Source: an uncultured Gammaproteobacteria bacterium (GTDB taxonomy: Bacteria; Pseudomonadota; Gammaproteobacteria; Competibacterales; Competibacteraceae). From it: 64,000 nucleotides of DNA. The notes under the pieces are model-generated. The model saw nothing but the letters and a program-made list of their open reading frames with translations. It did not search any database and was not told the DNA's origin. The stretch spans positions 2,541 through 66,540 of the forward strand of contig CAVOKM010000007.1 in NCBI GenBank assembly GCA_963696515.1. The letters are read 5' to 3'. Made by a program: the position numbers and the translations under genes. Positions 20,336 through 31,300 of the stretch are shown here, in pieces. Numbering within the stretch: position 1 is the first letter of the stretch; each line of letters starts with the position of its first letter.

Positions 20336-21601
20336 TTAATAATCCACTCCTAACCCGCTGAACGGCAGATAATCCACCGCATCGCCGGGCGCGACCCCAG
20401 CGCACGCCTCCGGCAGTTCCACCAGCCCCTCGGCCCAGGCCAGCGACGACAGCGCCCCGGAACTGTGAGTGTGGTAAATGCTCGCCAGCGGCCCCCGCTC
20501 ATCATCCAACCGCAACCGCGCCCGCAGCCACTCGCGCCGACCCGGTTTGCGGCGAAACGCGAAATCCGCCACCGCCCGCAGCCGCAACGGCTCGCCCGGT
20601 TCCATCCCCATCAATGTCCGCAACAGCGGCCGGGCGAACAGCAGAAAGGCCACCATCACCGACACCGGATTACCCGGCAGACCCAGCACCAGACAATCCC
20701 CGATTCGCCCGAAGGTCACCGGCTTGCCCGGCTTGACCGCCAGCCGCCAGAACTCGATCCGCCCCAATTCGGCGATCACGTCCTTAACGAGGTCCGCCGT
20801 CCCCACCGACACCCCGCCCGACGTCAGCAACACGTCGTGGCGCGCCGCCGCTTCCCGCAACGCCGGCAGCACCACCGCCCGGTCATCGCGCAAAATCCCC
20901 AAATCAGTCACCGCGCAGCCCAGTCGCCGCAACAGGCCGATCAGGGTGTAGCGGTTCGATTCGTAAATCCCTCCCGGCGGCAACGCAACCTCCGGTTCGA
21001 ATAGCTCATCACCAGTCGACGCCACCGCCACGCGCGGTTGCCGCACCACCTCCAGCGCGGCGATGCCCTGCCCGGCCGCCAGCGACACATCCTGCGGCCG
21101 CAACCGCAACCCGCGCGACAACAGCACCGTGCCGACTTGCACATCTTCGCCACAGCGGCGAATGTTCTCACCGGGTTTAAGCCGTGCGGCCACCGTGGAA
21201 TCGATCTCGATCCCGCTTTCATCGGGCGCGATCCGACACTGCTCCTGCATGACCACCGCATCCGGCCCGTCCGGAATCACGGCGCCGGTGGTAATTCGCA
21301 CCGCCGCGCCGCGCGGTACGGTCCCCGCATACGGATGACCCGCCAGCGCCTGGCCAACCACCGGCAACCGGGTCGGTTCATCCGCTCGCAAATCAGCCCG
21401 ATACAGCGCGAAACCGTCCATCGCCGAATTATCGTGCGGCGGCACGTCGAGCCGGACCGGCACATCGGCGGCCAGCACCCGACCGTAGGCGTCGAGCAGC
21501 AGCGCGGTTTCGGTATCACGGATCGGCTGGACGGAGCGCAGAGCGGCGGTGATGGCTTCGGAGAGCGTCAGCAGGCGGTCGTCGGAACGGAGGTCGGACA
21601 T
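20336..21601 (-). CDS. moeA: Molybdopterin molybdotransferase
   Basis: PPHDNSAMDGFA, STGDEL, TSGGVSVG, KPGKP, GLPGNPVS. Confidence 0.95.
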   Translation of the reverse strand: MSDLRSDDRLLTLSEAITAALRSVQPIRDTETALLLDAYGRVLAADVPVRLDVPPHDNSAMDGFALYRADLRADEPTRLPVVGQALAGHPYAGTVPRGAAVRITTGAVIPDGPDAVVMQEQCRIAPDESGIEIDSTVAARLKPGENIRRCGEDVQVGTVLLSRGLRLRPQDVSLAAGQGIAALEVVRQPRVAVASTGDELFEPEVALPPGGIYESNRYTLIGLLRRLGCAVTDLGILRDDRAVVLPALREAAARHDVLLTSGGVSVGTADLVKDVIAELGRIEFWRLAVKPGKPVTFGRIGDCLVLGLPGNPVSVMVAFLLFARPLLRTLMGMEPGEPLRLRAVADFAFRRKPGRREWLRARLRLDDERGPLASIYHTHSSGALSSLAWAEGLVELPEACAGVAPGDAVDYLPFSGLGVDY

Positions 21602-21810
21602 GATTCACCTTGTGAGTACATAGGGGTATCGGGCTACCACATCAACTAAAACTCTACCAAACTTCAAACATACAAGGGGAGTTTTTGTCCAGACTATAAG
21701 GAGAGGAATACGATGGTTTAATTCCACCGATCGATGAGGCTCCAGCAGTCCTGCCCTTGCCAAAGGGGGTGGCGAAGCCAGAGGATTTGTCGAGCGACGA
21801 AGGAGGCGCA

Positions 21811-22776
21811 ATGACCGATTACGATTCGCCGTGGAAGACGGTGCTGGAGCGGTACTTTCCGGATTTTCTGGCCTTTTTCTTTCCAGCGGCCCATGCCGGG
21901 ATCGACTGGTCGCGGGGCTATGCGCTGCTGGACAAGGAGTTGCAGAAGGTGGCGCGGGACGCAACGCTGGGGCGACGCTGGGCGGATGTGCTGGTGCGGG
22001 TGACGGGGCGGGATGGGGTAGAGGACTGGGTGCTGGTGCATGTGGAGGTGCAGGGGGAGCACAAGACGGATTTCGATCAACGGATGTTTGTCTACAACTA
22101 CCGGCTATACGACCGCTACGCCCGGCCGGTGGTGAGTCTGGCGGTGCTGGGTGAGCCGTACCCGGCCGATTACGGCGAATTCGGCTACGAACGCTGGGGG
22201 TGCCGGCTGGGGTTGCGGTTTCCAGTGGTGAGTCTGGCGGCCTATCGGGAGCGGTGGGCGGAATTGGAAGCGTCGACCAATCCGTTTGCGGTAGTAACCC
22301 AAGCGCATTTGCAGGCCCAGGAGACGGCCGGGGCGGTGGGCGCGCGCTATGCGGCCAAGCTGACGCTGGTGCGCAGCCTGTACCGGCGGGGCTATTCGCG
22401 GCAGGATATTCTGGAGTTGTTCCGGTTCATCGACTGGGTGCTGGCCCTGCCGGAGGCGCTGGAACAACAGCTCTGGACGGAAATCCAACAGTTCGAGGAG
22501 GAAAAGCGGATGCGGTATGTGAGCAGCTTTGAACGAATCGCTCAACAGAAAGGGATGGAGAAAGGGATGGAGAAAGGGATGGAGAAAGGGATCGGCCAAG
22601 GACAGATCAAGCTGTTAAATGTGTTGCTCCGGCAGCGCTTTGGCGAGGTGCCGGCATGGGCGGTGACGCGGTTGCAGGAGGCGGAGCCGGCGCAGTTGGA
22701 GACTTGGGCATTGCGGGTGCTGGAGGCGGGAAGTCTGGAGGAGGTATTTGAGGTAGGGCATGAAATACCGCATTGA
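21811..22776 (+). CDS. Rpn-like PD-(D/E)XK protein with DUF4351 C-terminus
   Basis: MTDYDSPWK, ADVLV...HVEVQ, RMFVYNYRL, (KGME)3 repeat; AGGAGG RBS. Confidence 0.85.
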   Translation: MTDYDSPWKTVLERYFPDFLAFFFPAAHAGIDWSRGYALLDKELQKVARDATLGRRWADVLVRVTGRDGVEDWVLVHVEVQGEHKTDFDQRMFVYNYRLYDRYARPVVSLAVLGEPYPADYGEFGYERWGCRLGLRFPVVSLAAYRERWAELEASTNPFAVVTQAHLQAQETAGAVGARYAAKLTLVRSLYRRGYSRQDILELFRFIDWVLALPEALEQQLWTEIQQFEEEKRMRYVSSFERIAQQKGMEKGMEKGMEKGIGQGQIKLLNVLLRQRFGEVPAWAVTRLQEAEPAQLETWALRVLEAGSLEEVFEVGHEIPH

Positions 22777-22814
22777 TCCCGATGCCAGGGGGATAAGCCG
22801 TTGAATCGCAAACT

Positions 22815-23001
22815 CTCTCTCCCGCTCCCTCTCCCGCAAGCGGGCGAGGGAGCGAACGGTTATAGTGCTTCAACCTGACAACCTGACAAACGGGTTTCTC
22901 TCCGCCGGTCAAGGGGGGTGGTCCGAAGAGCCAGGGGGTCTGCTCGGGCGATCAAACCACCCCGGCGCTTCGCGCCACCCCTCCTTAGCCAAGGAGGGGA
23001 A
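22815..23001. repeat. Cluster of REP-like palindromic elements
   Basis: CCCTCTCCCGCAAGCGGGCGAGGG and CACCCCGGCGCTTCGCGCCACCCCTCCTTAGCCAAGGAGGGG hairpins. Confidence 0.6.
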
Positions 23002-23040
23002 GTGTTGTGGTGTCCAGTTATACCGCGAGAGACCATTACG

Positions 23041-23170
23041 TCCAGCCACTGCGTATTCGATATGTTTTCTGACTTCAGGGGACGGAAGGCCAATACAATG
23101 TGCTCTTTCGGGATACCTGCCCGGATCAGTTCCGGAGCCACGCCGTGTTCGTTGCCATCGCGTTGGATCT
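23041..23170 (-). pseudogene. XisI-family C-terminal remnant
   Basis: IQRDGNEHGVAPELIRAGIPKEHIVLAF / PEVRKHIEYAVA across a frameshift. Confidence 0.65.
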
Positions 23171-23297
23171 AAATCTTGCCGTGAAACACCGCAGGTTGGG
23201 CTGAGCTTTTTAAGCACAACATTATGATTATTTTGGCTTATTTCTCGAAATGTTGGGCAACGCTACGCTTTTGCCCAACCTACAAATCAGGTTTCGG

Positions 23298-23840
23298 TCA
23301 GGCGCTAAATGGTACAGTCTGTCGAGCTGATTGTTCGATAAAACCGATCACGAACCGCGCGATCGCCTCCACGTCGTTCAGCGGCAGCGCCGGCAGGCCG
23401 GGCAGGCCGTAACGCGCCGGATCGATCAGCGGATCGCTAGCGACGGCGATGATGCTCCGGTCATCGGGAAAGCGCGGCGGTTTGTCTTCGTCCATCGGCC
23501 GCCAGATTTCCAGCTTGGGGTAATTCCCCGTCTTCCAACCCTCCACCAGTACCAGGTCCACCGGCTGCAGATGGGTCAGCAACTCGGCCAGCGTCGGTTC
23601 CGGTTCCTCGCGCAGTTCGCGCAGCAGCGCCCAGCGCCGGCCGGTCGCCAGGATCACCTCATGCGCGCCGGCCTCGCGATGCCGCCAAGTGTCCTTGCCC
23701 GGAGTGTCCAGGTCCACGTCGTGATGCGCGTGCTTGAGGGTGGATACGGTCAGACCCTGCGCCCGCAGTCGGGGAATCAAGTCGACGATCAGGGTGGTCT
23801 TGCCGCAGCCGCTCCAGCCGGTGATGCCGAGAACCTTCAT
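23298..23840 (-). CDS. mobB: Molybdopterin-guanine dinucleotide biosynthesis protein B
   Basis: GWSGCGKTT, KHAHHDVDLDTPGKDTWRHREAGA, DLVLVEG. Confidence 0.95.
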   Translation of the reverse strand: MKVLGITGWSGCGKTTLIVDLIPRLRAQGLTVSTLKHAHHDVDLDTPGKDTWRHREAGAHEVILATGRRWALLRELREEPEPTLAELLTHLQPVDLVLVEGWKTGNYPKLEIWRPMDEDKPPRFPDDRSIIAVASDPLIDPARYGLPGLPALPLNDVEAIARFVIGFIEQSARQTVPFSA

Positions 23841-23845
23841 TCCCG

Positions 23846-24604
23846 TTAACGCATCACCGGCGAATCGGCGCCCAGCAGATCAATACCGCTGATGTCGGCG
23901 CGGCCGATCAGCAGGGACAAGTACTGACTGATGGCTTGGCGCTGCACATGTTCGCGCAGGTAGGCGGCAATGCGGTCGCGCACCATCTGGTATTCGAGTG
24001 GCTGGCCTTCAGTTTTCCGGTGCAACTGGATCACATGAAAGCCAAAACGGCTTTCCACCGGCTGGCTGGAGGTCTCGCCTTCTTGCATCGCGAACAGCGC
24101 CTGCTCGAATTCCGGCACGGTCTGCCCTGGGCCAATCTGGCCCAGATTGCCGCCGGTCTGTTTCGACGGGCAGTCCGACCATTGCGCCGCCAGTTCCGCG
24201 AACTTCCCGCCATCGGCCGTTAATTGACCGATGGCGCTCTCGGCGCGGGCGCGGGCGGCTGCGCGCGCTTCGGAATCGTCTGGCGGCGCGGCGCACAGAA
24301 TGTGGGAGACCTCGAACAGATCACCGCTACGCAAGCGCGGGCGATTGGCCTGGAAAAACCGCCGACAGTTCTCTTCGTCCGGCTCCGGGGTCTTAACCTC
24401 ACGCTCGATCAGCGCCGCGATCCGCGCGTCCTCATCAACGTCGGCAATGTCCAGCCGGGCCGCTTCCTGCAACAGCAGTTCCTTGGCGACCAGCGCCAGT
24501 TTCGCCGAATATTCAGTCACTTCCCGCGACGGTGCGGGGTGGTGTTGCATCTCGGCGTGAATGGCGGCGTCGGTGATTTCGACGCCGTTGACGGTGAGGG
24601 GCAT
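23846..24604 (-). CDS. PpiC/parvulin-type peptidyl-prolyl isomerase (nitrate-reductase-associated/NifM-like)
   Basis: SHIL, SDCPSKQTGGNLG, VPEFE, ESRFGFHVI. Confidence 0.88.
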   Translation of the reverse strand: MPLTVNGVEITDAAIHAEMQHHPAPSREVTEYSAKLALVAKELLLQEAARLDIADVDEDARIAALIEREVKTPEPDEENCRRFFQANRPRLRSGDLFEVSHILCAAPPDDSEARAAARARAESAIGQLTADGGKFAELAAQWSDCPSKQTGGNLGQIGPGQTVPEFEQALFAMQEGETSSQPVESRFGFHVIQLHRKTEGQPLEYQMVRDRIAAYLREHVQRQAISQYLSLLIGRADISGIDLLGADSPVMR

Positions 24605-24707
24605 GAAGGGTCTCCACCAACAAACAGGGCAAAAGGGAACAGGTCAAATTTGATGCCCGATCAAGCGAAACGCTCGACTGCTGTATTTGATCGACTATCA
24701 AGTTTTT

Positions 24708-24915
24708 CCTCCAATAAATTTTCCTGTGGTCCGAACTGAGGGCCGAGCGAGCACAAAGACGCCTGCCCTGCAGTGATGCCGTAGCGCCTCAAAACCCGCA
24801 GGATGCTGACATGCAGAAGCAACGGCCAGAGCAGTTTACTGCATCTGAACATCCACGATAATGCGGCCTGTTTGTAACCGCCTAAGCCTACCCGTTCAAA
24901 CTCCACCCAACGCAC
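24708..24915 (-). pseudogene. Transposase fragment (IS701-like) joined to a TIR related to the 6366 MITE
   Basis: WVEFERVGLGGYKQAALSWMFRCSK...LRRYGITAG; 24708 CCTCCAATAAATTTTCCTGTGGTCCGAACT resembles 6366 CCTCCTGTAAATTTTCCTGTGATCCGAACT. Confidence 0.55.
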
Positions 24916-25141
24916 TAACGATCATTGACTCGTTGGCCGCCCTCGTGGCCGCCTGCTGCATCCTGCGCACGCTCTATTATTCGACGAAGGGGGCTATTTT
25001 CTGGCGCGGGAGGGAAATCAAGCTGCGAGGATGAACCGGCGTCTGGGGAGTACGCTCTAAGTTTCGATTTGTATATGTATTGTCTAATATTGTTAGAGCC
25101 GCGGCCTCCGCCATCTTCGCCGGCTCAAATCAGGAGAGATC

Positions 25142-27573
25142 ATGACCATGCCGCTTGCCGTCGATATTCCGGAGGGCGTCGCCGAAGCCTGGCGCGACAA
25201 TTTGCGCGGCGAACTCGACGCGGAACTCATTGGACCCCGTCCCGCATGGTGGTGGACGGGCCGGTCGCCGCAGGACTGCCCCGGCCGCCAGCCGGACGGC
25301 GTGCTCACTTCGCTGCCGTTGCCCAACCTGGCGGTCTGTACCCGCCAGCAGACGCTGGATTACTTCGACAATAGTTGGACATTGACCGAGGTGTTGTTTT
25401 CCGGCCTCCGGGGCGAGGAAGCCTTTTTCCGCCCGCCCTACCATCGCCTGCGCCACCCGATGCTCTTCTACTACGGCCATCCACCAGCGCTGTACGTCAA
25501 CAAGTTGCGGATCGCCGGCTTGATCGAAAAGCCCCTGAATCCGTACTTCGAGCGGCTGTTCGAAACCGGCGTGGATGAAATGCGCTGGGACGACCTGTCC
25601 AAGAACGAAATGCGCTGGCCGCAGCCTCCAGGAGGTTCACGCCTATCGCCAGCAGGTGTATCGCATCGTCCGCGACCTGATCGAAACCCATCCCGACCTG
25701 GCGCCCGGCCATCCGCCCATCACCCCACAGCATCCGCTGTGGGCGCTGTTCATGGGCTTCGAACACGAGCGGATTCACCTGGAAACCTCCTCGGTGCTGA
25801 TCCGCGAACTGCCGTCGAACCTGGTCCAGCGCCCCGCCGAATGGCCGCGCCTGCATCCTTCGGCCACGCGGGCGCATCCGCCAACCTTCCCGCCGCACGC
25901 CGGGGTGGACTATCCACCGAACGAATTCATTAGCGCGCCCGGTCAGTCGGTAGCGCTCGGCAAGCCGGCCGATTGGCCTTCCTACGGCTGGGACAACGAA
26001 TACGGCCAGCGCGAGACCGCTGTCCAGCCGTTCCAGGCCAGCCGCTGCCTGACCAGCAACGGCGAATTCCACGCCTTCGTGGCCGCCGGCGGCTATCGCG
26101 AGCAGCGCTACTGGTCGGAAACCGGCTGGGCGTGGCGCTCGTTTCGCAACCTCAAATGGCCAACCTTCTGGGTGCCGGACGGCCCCGCCGGCCTGCACCG
26201 CTACAAATTGCGCACCCTGTTTGAAACCATCGACATGCCCTGGGACTGGCCGGTCGACGTGAACTATCACGAAGCCAGGGCTTACTGCGCTTGGCGCGCC
26301 GAGCAGGATGGAGCGTCGTCCTACCGGCTGCCCAGCGAGGCCGAGCATCAGGTGCTGCGCGCCGCCCAGCAACGGGAAGCGGCGACCCTCGGCGTCGCGG
26401 CCGATCCGGTAATGCGCTTCGACGGTGCGACCCTGGCGCGGGAATGCGGCTGGAATCTCAACCTGGCCTGGAGTTCCTCCTGGCCGGTCGCGGCGGGACA
26501 ACCGACCGAGGCTGGCTTTCACGATGTGTTCGGCAACGTCTGGCAATGGCTGGAAGACCATTTCAACCCGCTGCCCGGCGCCAAGGTCCACCCGTATTAC
26601 GACGACTTCAGCACGCCCTGCTACGACGGCCAGCACCAGATGATCCTCGGCGGTTCCTGGGCGTCCACCGGCGACGAAGCCAGCCTGTGGGCGCGGTTCC
26701 ACTTTCGCCCGCACTTTTTCCAGCACGCCGGGTTCCGGCTGGTGCGAAGCGACAGCGATGGCGGCGCGGTGCGGTTGGACCAGGCCGGATCGCCGGGCCA
26801 AGTCTACGAAGACCCGCAAATCCTGAACGAATATCTGCTGTTGCACTACGGCGCGCCCCGGGAGCAGATGCCCTACGGGTTCGGGCCAGGGGATGCGGTG
26901 GAATTCCCGGTGCGCTGCGCCCGCTGGCTGCTCGACGCCGCCCGCGAGTACGGCGTGCCGACCGCCACGGCGCTGGATGTGGGCTGCGCGGTGGGCCGGG
27001 CCAGTTTCGAACTGGCGCGAGATCTACGACCGCGTGCTGGGCGTGGACCTCAGCCGCGCCTTCATCGACGCAGCGGATGCCCTGCGCCGCGACGGCGAGC
27101 TGCGCTATTTCCGCAAGGACGAGGGCCGGCTGGGCGCCACGCTGAACGCGATGATCGATCCGGCGATTGACCGGAGTCGGGTGAGTTTCCGCCAGGCCGA
27201 CGCCTGTTCGCTACCGGCCGAACTGGCGAATTTCGACGCCGTGCTGCTGGCCAATCTGCTGTGCCGGCTGCCCAGCCCCAAGGCGCTGTTGGGACGCTTG
27301 GGCGGTCCGCTGGGGCTGGTGAAGCCCGGCGGTCTGCTGGCGATCTTCTCGCCGTATAGTTGGCTGGAGCAGTTCACTCCACCGGAAGCGTGGCTGGGCG
27401 GCTACGAGCAGGAGGGGAAACCCGTCACCAGCGCGGCGGCGCTCGGCGAGTTCCTGCGGGCGGAGGGTTTCGAGCTGCTGCGCGAGGCCGACGTACCGCT
27501 GGTCATCCGCGAACATGCCCGTAAATACCAATACATCGTGACCCATGCCACTTTGTGGCGGCGGGTGGGCTGA
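25142..27573 (+). CDS. ovoA: 5-histidylcysteine sulfoxide synthase / N-methyltransferase (ovothiol biosynthesis); 2 frameshifts
   Basis: LRHPMLFYYGH, GVDEMRWDDL, EHERIHLETSSVLIR (HxxxHxE), FGE-sulfatase domain, FRPHFFQHAGFR, ALDVGCAVGR, IREHARKYQ. Confidence 0.88.
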
Positions 27574-28253
27574 TGTGCTTCAAGTCCAGATTCTGTTGGC
27601 TGTGGCTGGCCGGCGGTCTGCTGCTGGCGGGAACGTCGATCGCAGCCGATCTTCCGGCCTGTCTGACCCGCGCGGCGGGCGAGACCACGCGCACCGCCAT
27701 CATGAAAACCGGGCCGGCCGATCAGGAACTGCTGGCCCGGCTGGCCTACGCCGAGGGCCGCTCCACCGGCTTCGCCGACGATCCCCGGGTCTACCAGGGC
27801 ATCGCCTGGGGGGTGATGAACCGGGTGCGGCTGAGCGAGATTTCCGCCGCCGCGCGCCGCCAGTATGGGAGCGGGATCGCCGGAGTGGTTTTTCAACCGC
27901 GACAGTTCAACCCGGCGGTCTCGCTGCGTTCGCCGTTCTCGAAGGACTTCCTCTGTCCCCAAGACCCCGCCCACTGGCGACTGGCCGTGGACGCCGCCGG
28001 GGTGGCGTTGCGCGGTCAGAACAATCCCCTGATCCAGACCCCGTGGGAACGGCGATACGGCCGGTCGCTGGTGGTCAATTTCTACTATCCCCAGTCCTCC
28101 CAGGCGCGCGGTTCCCTGGCGCCCTGGGAAGGCAGTCTCGCCCTGCGTTTCATCGGCGATCCGCCCCCCGGCAGCGGCCTCCCGCCGGCAGAGCGGATCC
28201 GCTTTTACCGGCTTGCCCAACCGCCAAACGAACCGCGCGTCCCGGCCCGCTAA
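27573..28253 (+). CDS. Secreted cell-wall hydrolase (SleB/Hydrolase_2-like)
   Basis: Signal peptide; LARLAYAEG, VMNRV, VVFQPRQF; TGATG coupling to ovoA. Confidence 0.7.
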   Translation: MCFKSRFCWLWLAGGLLLAGTSIAADLPACLTRAAGETTRTAIMKTGPADQELLARLAYAEGRSTGFADDPRVYQGIAWGVMNRVRLSEISAAARRQYGSGIAGVVFQPRQFNPAVSLRSPFSKDFLCPQDPAHWRLAVDAAGVALRGQNNPLIQTPWERRYGRSLVVNFYYPQSSQARGSLAPWEGSLALRFIGDPPPGSGLPPAERIRFYRLAQPPNEPRVPAR

Positions 28254-28342
28254 AGGTTGGGCGGATTCGGGACCCGCTCCTACAGCACGCCGGGTTCTAT
28301 ACTTGGCGCCATCCCCCTCACGGCGTCACCGGGAGAATCGTG

Positions 28343-31300
28343 ATGCGCACCGGCAACCTGTCCCTCTCAATCCTCCTTGTCGCGCTCTGCCTGTTGGTAC
28401 TGGGATGGACCGCGCCACCCGCTCGCGCCGCCGACCCGTCGGTGACCGCCAACGCGCTGGCGCGCGTCCCGTTGGCCTTGCAACCCTGGATCAGCTGGGT
28501 GTTGCGCGAACCGGCCGACTGGCACTGTCCGGTAGATTACGCCGACCCGAAACAGCGCCGCTGCATCTGGCCGACGGCGCTGAGCCTGAATCTCGACGCC
28601 CGGGGCGGCAACTTCAGCCAGCAGGCGCGCGCCGACGCCGAAAGCTGGCTGACCCTGCCCGGCGACCGCCGCCACTGGCCCCAGGAAGTGCGGTTGGACG
28701 AGTTTCCCGCGCCGGTGCTGGAACGGGACGGGCGGCCGGCGCTCAAGGCCTCCGCCGGCGATCATCGGATCACCGGCCGGTTCTTCTGGGGCGAACCGCC
28801 GGAAGCGATCCGCGTTCCCACCAACGCCGCCCTGCTCGATCTGCATCTGGAGGGGAAGCCGGTTCCACTGCCCCGCTTGGAGGATGACGGCGTCCTGTGG
28901 CTGCGTCAGCGCCCGGCGGCGACGGCCCAACAGGATCAGCTTGAAATTCAGGCTTTCCGCCTGCTGAGCGATGGGATTCCATTCACGCTGACCACCCGGC
29001 TGGAACTCAGCGTCTCCGGCCAGGCGCGGGAGGAAACACTCGGTCCCGTGTTGCCGCCGGGTTTCCTGCCGCTGGCCTTGGACAGCCCGCTGCCGGCCCG
29101 CCTGGAACCCGATGGCCGGCTGCGGGTGCAATTGCTGCCGGGGAGTTGGACGATTAGCCTGATCGCCCGCCATCGTGGCCCGCTGGACGCACTCGCCCTG
29201 CCCACGGTTCCGGCGACCTGGCCCACCCAGGAAATCTGGAGCTTTCAGGTGCAAAACGCCCTGCGGGTGGTTCAGGTGGAAGGTGCGCCGGCGCTCGATC
29301 CAGCGCAGACCAACCTGCCCGAGGACTGGCGATCATGGCCCGCCTATCTGTTGCAAACCGGCGGGGAACTGCGCTTTGTGACCCGCCAACGTGGCGACGT
29401 CACCCCCGCCCCGGAGCGCCTGAATCTGGAACGCACGCTCTGGCTCGATTTCGCCGGCGGCGGTTACACCGCGCGGGACCGCCTGAGCGGCAACCTGAAC
29501 GCGACCCGGCTGGACGCCGTTCCCGAGCTGCGGCTGGGTCGAGTCGCCATCAACGAGGAGGATCAGTTCATCACCACTCAGCCCGGCGCGGAAGCGGCTG
29601 GCGTGGAAGTCCGGCAACTGAGCAACCTGCAACTGGTCGCCGACAGCCGCCTGGAACCGGCCGCCATCAGCGATCTGCCGGCGGTCGGCTGGCGGATCGC
29701 GCCGCAAAGCATCCAGACCACGCTCAACCTGCCGCCCGGCTGGCGCTTGCTGGCGGCGACCGGGCCGGACAGCGCCGGCAATGCCTGGCTGTACGCCTGG
29801 AACCTGCTCGACCTGTTCCTGGTGCTGATCATCGCCTTCGGCTTCGCCAAACTGTGGGACTGGCGCTGGGGCGCGGTAGCGCTGGCCGGCATGGCGCTCG
29901 CCCTCCACGAACCCGACGCGCCGCTGTACGTGTGGCTCAACGTGCTGGCGGCCATCGCCCTGCTGCGGGTGCTGCCGCCGGGTCGGCTATACACCTTGGT
30001 CGACGCCTACCGACGGCTGGCCCTGCTGGCGCTGCTGGTCATCGGCGCACTGTTCGCCATCCAGCAGGTCCGCAGTGCGCTCTATCCGCAACTGGAGCCG
30101 CTCGCGGCCGGGTCCGCGCGGGTCGCGCCCGACCTCATGATGCGGGCCAATGCGCCGCTGTCCCAGGCGCTTGATGAAGCGCAAAACTACAGTCGCTCCC
30201 GACTTCCGGCCAGTCAAGAGCCCCCGAAAAAGGGAGAGCGCCTGCAAAAGCTCCAGCAACAGCAATACGCGCCGGACATCAAGGTGCAGACCGGTCCGGG
30301 CCTGCCCGACTGGCGCTGGCAAAGCGCCACCTTGCGCTGGAGCGGTCCGGTCGCCGCCGACGAGCGGCTGCGGCTGTGGCTGTTGCCGCCGTGGGGCACG
30401 CGCCTGCTGTTGCTGGCCGGGCTGGGCCTGCTGCTGGCGATGGGGGCGCGGCTATTCATCGCGGGGCGGCGGGGAATCCCCCCGTCCTTCGGACATCCCC
30501 CTTCGCCAAAAGGGGGCGAGGGGGATTTGAGACCGGCGGAACCGGGAATTTCCTCATCACTGGGCGCGGTGGCGCTGCCCGTGCTACTGCTGGGATTACT
30601 GCTGGCCGCGCCGTCCCCGGCCCGCGCTGATTTTCCCTCGCCGGAACTGCTCCAGGAACTGCGCACCCGGTTGACCGAAGCGCCGGACTGTCCGCGCTGC
30701 GCCGATCTGGCGGCGCTGGCGCTGACCGCCAAGGGCGACGACCTGCGGTTGCGGCTGACCCTGCACGCCCAGGCGGATGCCGCCGTGCCGTTACCGCTGC
30801 CCCGCGAGGGGCTGATCATCCGAAGCATCGAACTGGACGGACAGCCGGCGCTGCTGTTTCGCGACGCTACTCACCTGCTGTGGCTGCGGCTGCCGGCCGG
30901 CGTACACGAAGCGACCGTTACCGCCACCGCGCCGGAGACGGTCGCCACCCTGCAACTGCCGCTGCCGATGGCGCCGGGCCGGATCGAACTGGATGCCGAG
31001 GGCTGGCGGGTGGAAGGTTACGTCGAGGGCCGCGCCGACCGGCAATTGCAACTGACCCGCCAGCGTCCGACCGCCGGCAGCCCGCTTCAGGCCGGCGTCA
31101 TGCCGCCGTTCGTGCAGGTAGAGCGGGAGCTGATGCTGGACGTGGACTGGCGGGTGGAAACCAAGGTGCGGCGGCTGAGTCAGGCCGATTCAGCGGCGGT
31201 GGTGGAAATCCCCCTGCTGGCCGAGGAGCGGATCACCACGCCCGGCATTCGGGTGCGCGACGGCCGGGTGCTGCTCAACCTGCCCCCGGATCAGGCGGAA

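Noticed and set aside
22551-22590. 12-bp tandem repeat AAAGGGATGGAG
   Set aside because: Ordinary coding (KGME)n linker of Rpn/DUF4351 proteins
27545-28342. First 266 codons of the 1577-aa ORF
   Set aside because: They overlap the cell-wall hydrolase in another frame; the RBS and signal peptide start at 28343
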